From NCBI GenBank assembly GCA_038231435.1, contig JBBRLJ010000001.1, positions 160,001 through 224,000 on the forward strand: a stretch of 64,000 nucleotides of DNA, given 5' to 3'. Under the pieces are notes generated by a model. It had not been told where the DNA came from and made no database searches. It saw only the letters and a list, made by a program, of their open reading frames with translations. The stretch comes from Planctomycetota bacterium (GTDB lineage: Bacteria > Planctomycetota > UBA11346). This document shows positions 58,016 to 64,000 of this stretch, one piece after another. The first letter of the stretch is position 1. Each line of letters begins with the position of its first letter. Position numbers and translations under genes: made by a program.

Positions 58016-59317
58016 TCACGCCTTTCCAGCGAGCCGCTCCCACGCGAGCTGCAGTGCGTAGGTGGCACCGCGGCGCTGCACGCGCTCACGGTTGCCGACG
58101 ATCACATGCCGGCGCGCCACGCTACCCCGCGCATCGGCGACCGCGACCCACACCGTCCCCACCGGGTCCGTGGCGGTGCCCCCATCGGGACCAGCGATGC
58201 CAGTGGTGGCGACGGCGAGGTCGGCCTCGGTGCGATGGCGGGCTCCTTCCGCCATCGCTCGCGCGCACGCCTCGCTCACCGCTCCCTCGCGCGCGAGGAG
58301 CTCCGCTGAAACGCCAAGACGCGCGCGCTTGACGTCCTCGTGGTAGGCGACGATGGATTCGCGCAGCACGCGCGAGGCTCCAGGCACGGAGCCGATCAGC
58401 GCAGCCACATGGCCGCAGGTGCAGCTCTCGGCGGCGCTCACGGTGCGCTTCAGGCGCGCGAGTTCCGCGACCAGACTGGGGGCCAGGCCCGCGGCCGGCA
58501 GCGCATGCGCGGATAGCAGCCGCGCGAGCTGCCGGTGCCGCGCCTCGACTTGGCGCTCCAGGCCCACGATGCGCAGGGTGATGTGTCCGAGCTCGCTGAC
58601 GGTGATGCCCACCTGCGGATCGCATTCGCTCAGCAGATCGCCGATCATCCCCTGGGCGGTCGATTCGCCGATGCCGGCGAACCAGATCTCGGCGATGGCC
58701 GGTGGCGCGAGCGCGGGGAATAGCTTCGGCACGCGTGGCGTGAACTCCTCGAGCATGCGCATCATCTCGTGCGGCACGCCGGGCAGGCAGGCGATGGCGC
58801 AGCCATGCGCGCGGGCGAGCATGCCCGGAGCGGTGCCGCGATGATTGACGATCGGGCGCGCGCCCGCCGGCAACAGGGCCTGCCGGCGGTTGCTCTCGGG
58901 GATCGGCCCGCGCCGTGAACGCTCGAACCATGCGCGGATGCGCTTCCACGACGGCTGGTGCTCGACCAGCTCGGATCCCAGGAACTCCGCCAGCGCATGG
59001 CGGGTGCGATCGTCGTCGGTGGGTCCCAGCCCGCCGGTGCAGACGATCAGCGACGCCCCGCCCTCTCCGGGGCCGCCGGCCACGGCGCGGCGCAAGGCGC
59101 CGACGATCTCGGCCTGGCCGTCGCCCACCGCCTGGCATAGATCCACGGCGAAGCCGCGGTCGGTCATCCATCTGGCGATCCAGGTGGCGTTGGTGTCTAC
59201 CGTCCGCCCCAGGACCAGCTCATCGCCGATCGAGACGATCCGCGCCACCATCCTGGCCGGGATGCGCGTCGGCAGCTTGCGTGGGCGCGCGCTCCCCGCG
59301 CGCCTAGATCTCGACAT
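58016..59317 (-). CDS. cinA: CinA family competence/damage-inducible protein (NMN amidohydrolase fusion)
   Basis: IGDEL..G..VDTNA, TGGLGPT.DD.T, GTAPG, LPGVP.EM, AESCT, GAVS...A..MA.G, TGIAGP.GG. The start may be at 59251. Confidence 0.9.
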   Translation of the reverse strand: MSRSRRAGSARPRKLPTRIPARMVARIVSIGDELVLGRTVDTNATWIARWMTDRGFAVDLCQAVGDGQAEIVGALRRAVAGGPGEGGASLIVCTGGLGPTDDDRTRHALAEFLGSELVEHQPSWKRIRAWFERSRRGPIPESNRRQALLPAGARPIVNHRGTAPGMLARAHGCAIACLPGVPHEMMRMLEEFTPRVPKLFPALAPPAIAEIWFAGIGESTAQGMIGDLLSECDPQVGITVSELGHITLRIVGLERQVEARHRQLARLLSAHALPAAGLAPSLVAELARLKRTVSAAESCTCGHVAALIGSVPGASRVLRESIVAYHEDVKRARLGVSAELLAREGAVSEACARAMAEGARHRTEADLAVATTGIAGPDGGTATDPVGTVWVAVADARGSVARRHVIVGNRERVQRRGATYALQLAWERLAGKA

Positions 59318-61268
59318 GCATGCCCAGCTCGACGACGCGATTGGGAGGCAGCGAGAAGAACGCCGAGGCGTTCAGCGAGTTGCGCGACATCCACGCGAAC
59401 AGTCGGCGGCGCCAGGCCGGCCAGCCGCTCGCGCGCGAGAGCAGGATGGTCTCGCGACCGAGGAAGTAGCTGGTGTCGAGCAGCTTGCAGGTGAACCCCG
59501 GCTGCACGTCCGCGAGCACCGCGGGGATGTTCGGATCCTCCTTGAAGCCGAAATGCACGGTCAGGCTGTAGAAGCCATGGCTGCGCTCGGTCAGCTCGCA
59601 GCGATCGTCCTCGGCCACGTACGGGATCGATTCGGTGCGCACCGTCAGGATGATGACGCGCTGGTGCAGCACCTTGTTGTGCTTGAGATTGTGCAAGAGC
59701 GATCCCGGCGTCGAAGCCGGGTTACCGGCCATGAACACCGCGGTTCCCGGCACGCGGATGGGCTTGTTGCGATCGAGTTCTCCCAGGAAGCGCTCCAGCG
59801 GCAGCGCGGTCTCCTTGAGGCGCTGGCCCAACCAGCTGCGGCCCGATTTCCAGGTGATCATCACCGTGAAGATGAGCGCGCTGGTGAGCAGCGGGAACCA
59901 GCCGCCATGGAGGATCTTGAGCAGGTTCGCGCCGATGAACGCCATGTCGATGATCACGAACATGCCCGCCACCGACGCGGCGATCGGGGCCGGCCATCCC
60001 CAGACGTTCCTGGCGGCGAAGAAGAACAGCAGGCTGGTGACCAGCATGGTCATCGAGATCGAGACGCCGTAGGCGGCGGCGAGATGCGTGGCCGATCCGA
60101 AAGCCAGCACCAGACCGACGCACGCCAGCATCAGGGTCCAATTGACCGCAGGCACGTAGATCTGGCCGATCGCTTTCGCCGAGGTGTGCTGGACGGCGAG
60201 CCGCGGGAAGTATCCGGCCTGCATCACCTGGGCGGTGACTGAGAAGGTCCCCGAGATCAGCGCTTGCGAGGCGATCACCGCCGCGACCGTCGACAGAGCC
60301 ACCAATGGCAACTGCCCCCATGCCGGCGCGAGCTGGAAGTACGCGTGCTCGACGGTCGGCTCGCGTAGCAGCAAGCTGCCCTGGCCGTAATAGTTCAGGA
60401 GCAGGGCCGGCAGCACGACGATGAACCAGGCCAGACGGATGGGCCGCCGGCCCAGGTGGCCGAGGTCGGCGTACAGCGATTCGCAGCCGGTGACCACCAG
60501 GAACACCGCACCCAACACCAGGTAGCCGCGCCCGCCGTTGTCGGCGAAGAATCTCACCGCGTGGCGCGGATCGATGGCCAGGAGTACGCTGGGGTCCTGC
60601 ATGATGCTGTGCAGGCCGAGCGCGGCGATGGTCGAGAAGTACAGCACCATGATCGGGCCGAACACGGCTCCGACGCTCGCCGTCCCATGACGCTGGAAGA
60701 AGAACAGCAGCACGATGATCCCGACGGTGATCGGCAGCACGAAGGGCGACATCGCGTGGGACACGACGGTGATACCTTCGATGGCGCTGAGCACCGAGAT
60801 GGCCGGCGTGATGATGCCATCGCTGTAGAGGAACGCGGCTCCGATCAGCCCAATGATGGTGAGCGCATGCGCGGTGCGCGGTGCGCGGCCCTTGGTGACC
60901 AGCGCGCTGAGGGACATCACCCCCCCCTCACCACGGTTGTCGGCGCGCAGCACGAAACCCAGGTACTTCACCGACACCGCGACGATCAGCGACCAGGTGA
61001 TCAACGACAACACGCCCAGCACGTTCGCCGCACTGGCCGCCGGAACCGCATTCTCGCCGTTGAAGCACTCGGCGATCGCATAAAGAGGGCTGGTGCCGAT
61101 GTCGCCGTAGGCGATGCCCAGGGCCAGCAGCGACAGCATGCACAGGTTGCGTCCGGTGGGCTGGACGGTCGGCAGGCGATCGGAGCGGCGGCCCGACAGC
61201 GCACCGGGTAGGCGGCCGGATGACGGGGCGGACGGGGATGGAGCGGGAATGTGGCTGGGATCGTTCAT
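59304..61268 (-). CDS. kup: KUP/HAK/KT potassium transporter
   Basis: GDIGTSPLYA, ADN.GEGG, DG.ITPAISVLSA.EG, TG.E.LYADLGH, NY.GQG, IASQALISG.FS, GQIY.P.VN, HN.KHNKVLH. Confidence 0.95.
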   Translation of the reverse strand: MNDPSHIPAPSPSAPSSGRLPGALSGRRSDRLPTVQPTGRNLCMLSLLALGIAYGDIGTSPLYAIAECFNGENAVPAASAANVLGVLSLITWSLIVAVSVKYLGFVLRADNRGEGGVMSLSALVTKGRAPRTAHALTIIGLIGAAFLYSDGIITPAISVLSAIEGITVVSHAMSPFVLPITVGIIVLLFFFQRHGTASVGAVFGPIMVLYFSTIAALGLHSIMQDPSVLLAIDPRHAVRFFADNGGRGYLVLGAVFLVVTGCESLYADLGHLGRRPIRLAWFIVVLPALLLNYYGQGSLLLREPTVEHAYFQLAPAWGQLPLVALSTVAAVIASQALISGTFSVTAQVMQAGYFPRLAVQHTSAKAIGQIYVPAVNWTLMLACVGLVLAFGSATHLAAAYGVSISMTMLVTSLLFFFAARNVWGWPAPIAASVAGMFVIIDMAFIGANLLKILHGGWFPLLTSALIFTVMITWKSGRSWLGQRLKETALPLERFLGELDRNKPIRVPGTAVFMAGNPASTPGSLLHNLKHNKVLHQRVIILTVRTESIPYVAEDDRCELTERSHGFYSLTVHFGFKEDPNIPAVLADVQPGFTCKLLDTSYFLGRETILLSRASGWPAWRRRLFAWMSRNSLNASAFFSLPPNRVVELGMHVEI

Positions 61269-61437
61269 CGAGCGAAGATCGCGAATATAGGCTGTCCTGT
61301 GCACACGCCACTAGCTGCGCTTCCGGGGCTTGACTGCGGCCTCTCGCGCGACATCAGGCCCGCAGTCGCGTGCCCGGGCCGCGAGCGAGTCCCCATCCGG
61401 GGTTGCGCCGATGCCTGGCGCTCCACACTCTGCCGCC

Positions 61438-62592
61438 ATGCGCGTGCTGCTGTTCTTGCTCCTCGTGCTGCTGCCCACGGTCAGCGCGTGGTCCGCGGGC
61501 AGCGAGTTCGACCGCAACCAGCCCATCGACGACGAGGACATCGAGCGCCGCTCCTTCGACGATCTCCAGCGCAAGGCCGCCTCGTACCGGGTCGAACGCA
61601 GCCACGTGCAACCGAGCGCGTCCGACGATGCCGGCGCCCTCTACCACATCGAGCATGCGCGCCATCTGATCGAGGACCGCGACGCCTGGCTGCACCTGTG
61701 GCGCGCCACCCGCACCGCCGAACGTGGCTTTCGCAAATACCCGTACAGCTCCTACGCCGGCGAGCTCCTGCAGACCGCGCTCGACGGCTACCTGGCCCGC
61801 GGGAAACTCGATGAGGTCGACGACAAGCTGGTGATGCTGTGGTTCTATCTCCCCGACTATCCGCGCATGGGCGAGGCGATGGACAAGGCTCTCGCCGCCG
61901 CCGAGTCGCGCCAGAAGTTCACCGCCTCGGTGAACCTGGACGCGGACGATCCCCAAGAGGTGATCCACATACAGGGCAAGTCCTCGCTTTCGGACGCCAA
62001 CAAGATCTTCCGCTTCCTCGCCTTGCACGGCGACCGCGAGAAGGTCGCCCCCCGGGCCGAACTCGGGCTCGCGCGCTCGCAACTGCTCAGCGGCGGCAAG
62101 GAGGACCTCTACGCGGCCCGACGCTCGTACGAGAAGTTCCTCGAGACCTATCCCGTCCACGAGCTGACCTTCACGGCGCTGGTCGAGCACGCGCTGAGCT
62201 ACCTGGTGGGATACCGCGGCGACGATTACGACAATGGCGCGCTGGTGTTCGCGGCGGCGATCATCGACCAGGCCGAGCTCGAGACCCATGGCGACGAGGA
62301 GAAATCCCGCACCGTGCTGGCCTACCGCCGACGCATCCGCTCCTGGCAGCAGGACCGCGACCTGTCGATCGCGCGCTGGTACCGCGGACGTGGCACCTTC
62401 GGCCTCCGATGGTTCAAGGAACCGCCGGGCCTGACGTCGTGGCAAGACGGCGCTCGCTACTACTACCAGGCCGTCATCGCGCGCGACAGCGGCTCGCGGC
62501 AGGCACACGAGGCCGAGCGCGAGCTCAAGGCCATCCCCGTGACGCCCGTGCGCGTCGTTATCCCGCCGGTACCAGCGGACCAGCGGCGATGA
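61438..62592 (+). CDS. Outer membrane protein assembly factor BamD-like TPR protein
   Basis: Signal peptide; YPYS.YA, YEKFLETYP, D..IARWY, A..YY..VI.....S..A motifs; coupled to an LptE-like gene. Confidence 0.6.
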   Translation: MRVLLFLLLVLLPTVSAWSAGSEFDRNQPIDDEDIERRSFDDLQRKAASYRVERSHVQPSASDDAGALYHIEHARHLIEDRDAWLHLWRATRTAERGFRKYPYSSYAGELLQTALDGYLARGKLDEVDDKLVMLWFYLPDYPRMGEAMDKALAAAESRQKFTASVNLDADDPQEVIHIQGKSSLSDANKIFRFLALHGDREKVAPRAELGLARSQLLSGGKEDLYAARRSYEKFLETYPVHELTFTALVEHALSYLVGYRGDDYDNGALVFAAAIIDQAELETHGDEEKSRTVLAYRRRIRSWQQDRDLSIARWYRGRGTFGLRWFKEPPGLTSWQDGARYYYQAVIARDSGSRQAHEAERELKAIPVTPVRVVIPPVPADQRR

Positions 62593-63095
62593 GCCGCCGA
62601 CACGCCCGGGGTCCGCGGGCGTTCCTGGTATCCAAGGCGATGACCGCCTTACTGGCGGCCAGCGCTCTCGCCGGCTGCTACCACGTGCGCCAGCCGCCGC
62701 AGATCGACGAACCGGTCAAGGTCGACGTGGTCGCGAACGAAGCGCGGCTGGTGCAGGCCCAGGGATATCTCCAGCGCGCGATCGGGGACTCGCTGGTCAA
62801 CCGGCTCGGCTGGCGAGTCAGTCCCGAGGGATCGGCCCGCCTCGAGATCGCCATCGCGGATGAACACATCGACGCCGCGTCCAAGGACAGCCGCGACATC
62901 ACCGTGCGCTGGAGCATCCGCGTGACCGGCACCGCGCTGCTGTGCTCGCAGAAAGGCAACGTCGTCGGCACCTTCAGCGGTGTCGGCTACTCGAGCGGGC
63001 TGGTCGATGAGAACGAGGCGCTCAAGGCCGCCGCCGAGAACGCCGCGTTCAATCTCTCGAGCTGGCTCGAGGTCGAGGTCGGCAAGCTGAAGTGA
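62589..63095 (+). CDS. LptE-like lipoprotein
   Basis: Lipobox LAGC followed by Y; an alpha/beta domain ending in E.EA...A helix; ATGA-coupled. Confidence 0.55.
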   Translation: MSRRHARGPRAFLVSKAMTALLAASALAGCYHVRQPPQIDEPVKVDVVANEARLVQAQGYLQRAIGDSLVNRLGWRVSPEGSARLEIAIADEHIDAASKDSRDITVRWSIRVTGTALLCSQKGNVVGTFSGVGYSSGLVDENEALKAAAENAAFNLSSWLEVEVGKLK

Positions 63096-63132
63096 CGTCG
63101 ACGCGCGCCGGCTGGTCGTGGCCGCTACCGCG

Positions 63133-64000
63133 TCATCTCGCGAGCGCGCGCGCGGCCCTGACCGCGTCCTCGACCGCAAGCGGCCTGCCGGGCACTCCGG
63201 ATGCCACCGCGAACCGGGTTCCGGGAGCGAGCGATTCGGCGACCAGGCGGGCGAAGCCGGCTGGACGGCCGTCATCGAGCGCCACCAACGGCGCGCGCGC
63301 GCCGGCGCGATGCAGATCGTACATCGGCAACGGCGACAGGCTGGTGCATTGGAAGACGCCGGCGGCGCGGCTCTCGCCGAGCAGGCCAGCGCGCGCGCGC
63401 AGGGCGATCCCGGCGGTGGACGCGGTGCATGCCAACGTCAGGTCCGCGCCATCGGCGAGCCAGCGTCCTGAGCCAGGGGACCAGGGCTGCTCGGCTGGAT
63501 ACGCAGCCGATCCCTCGACGGCGGCGCCAGGCAGCGCGATGATGAACGCGTCCTCGGTCTCGAGGGCGCGCGCCAGCACGGCGCCGGCCTCGGCGGTGTC
63601 ACCGGGCATCGCCACCCACCAGCCGTCGAGCGCCGCCAGGTGATCGAGCGCGGGGAGATCCTCGGCGTGGCACAGCAGCTTCATCGCCAGGCCGCGCCTT
63701 CCGATGTCGCGCAGCTCGTCGAGCCAACGCATCACCGGCGCACGCGGGGGCAGGAGCCACGCAACGCGCAGGCCTTCCGCGCAGAGGTGCCCCAACGCCA
63801 GCAGCTTCGCTGGGGTATCGGGCAGCGTGCGCCATGCCGGATCGGCATGGGGAGCGAGCAGGCGCGGCTCGCGCTCGGCCATCCACGACAGCGCGCTCGC
63901 GACCGCGTCGACTGGTGAAGAAGCAGATGACGTCGGCCACGGCGCGGCGCCCCCTTTGGCCAAGGCCGCGAGATGGACGGGAGGCCACTCGCGTCGCACC
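63133..64000 (-). CDS. Degenerate DXS/transketolase-like protein (pyrimidine-binding + C-terminal domains), partial
   Basis: AEG.RV, P.D..E....L..AL, G.G..L.DG.DLTL and SL.PL patterns; 5' end lies outside the window. Confidence 0.55.
   Translation of the reverse strand, partial: VRREWPPVHLAALAKGGAAPWPTSSASSPVDAVASALSWMAEREPRLLAPHADPAWRTLPDTPAKLLALGHLCAEGLRVAWLLPPRAPVMRWLDELRDIGRRGLAMKLLCHAEDLPALDHLAALDGWWVAMPGDTAEAGAVLARALETEDAFIIALPGAAVEGSAAYPAEQPWSPGSGRWLADGADLTLACTASTAGIALRARAGLLGESRAAGVFQCTSLSPLPMYDLHRAGARAPLVALDDGRPAGFARLVAESLAPGTRFAVASGVPGRPLAVEDAVRAARALAR

Noticed and set aside
61270..61437. c-di-AMP (ydaO) riboswitch upstream of kup
   Set aside because: One hairpin is present but I could not identify the conserved riboswitch motifs; an Rfam scan would be needed.

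Overview
This is a GC-rich bacterial chromosomal window. Gene content suggests a diderm of the Planctomycetota type (inference from eukaryote-like Ser/Thr kinases, a MoxR-DUF58-vWA operon, several Gfo/Idh/MocA oxidoreductases and a BamD-LptE-like pair). Most genes are housekeeping or metabolic: ribulokinase, a DnaE2-like polymerase, MprF, an FAD/Fe-S lactate dehydrogenase, dtd, gmhA, dnaK, groES, rnd, cinA and kup, plus three tRNAs (Gly-CCC, Ala-GGC, Leu-TAA). No integrase, transposase or CRISPR array is seen. The main highlight is a compact RiPP-like cluster at about 9.9-11.7 kb. It has two tandem precursor peptides with a near-identical 25-aa leader and C-terminal CPGCGRG / CPACGMG motifs, a DUF692 (MNIO, ChrH-like) enzyme, a small 90-aa coupled partner and a candidate ECF promoter. 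Other notable signals are: a dispersed palindromic repeat family (5 copies, a covarying second hairpin, two copies fused in frame to gene 3' ends); a candidate operator palindrome before the dnaE2-like gene; a sigma54-type promoter layout (UAS, IHF site, -24/-12) before a receiver-dnaK-groES unit; tandem non-RD (HND) kinases; an orphan eboE; and a degenerate DXS-like protein. All product calls come from motif recognition by eye, with no database search. Several start codons were moved from the ORF track to the most plausible RBS or coupled start.
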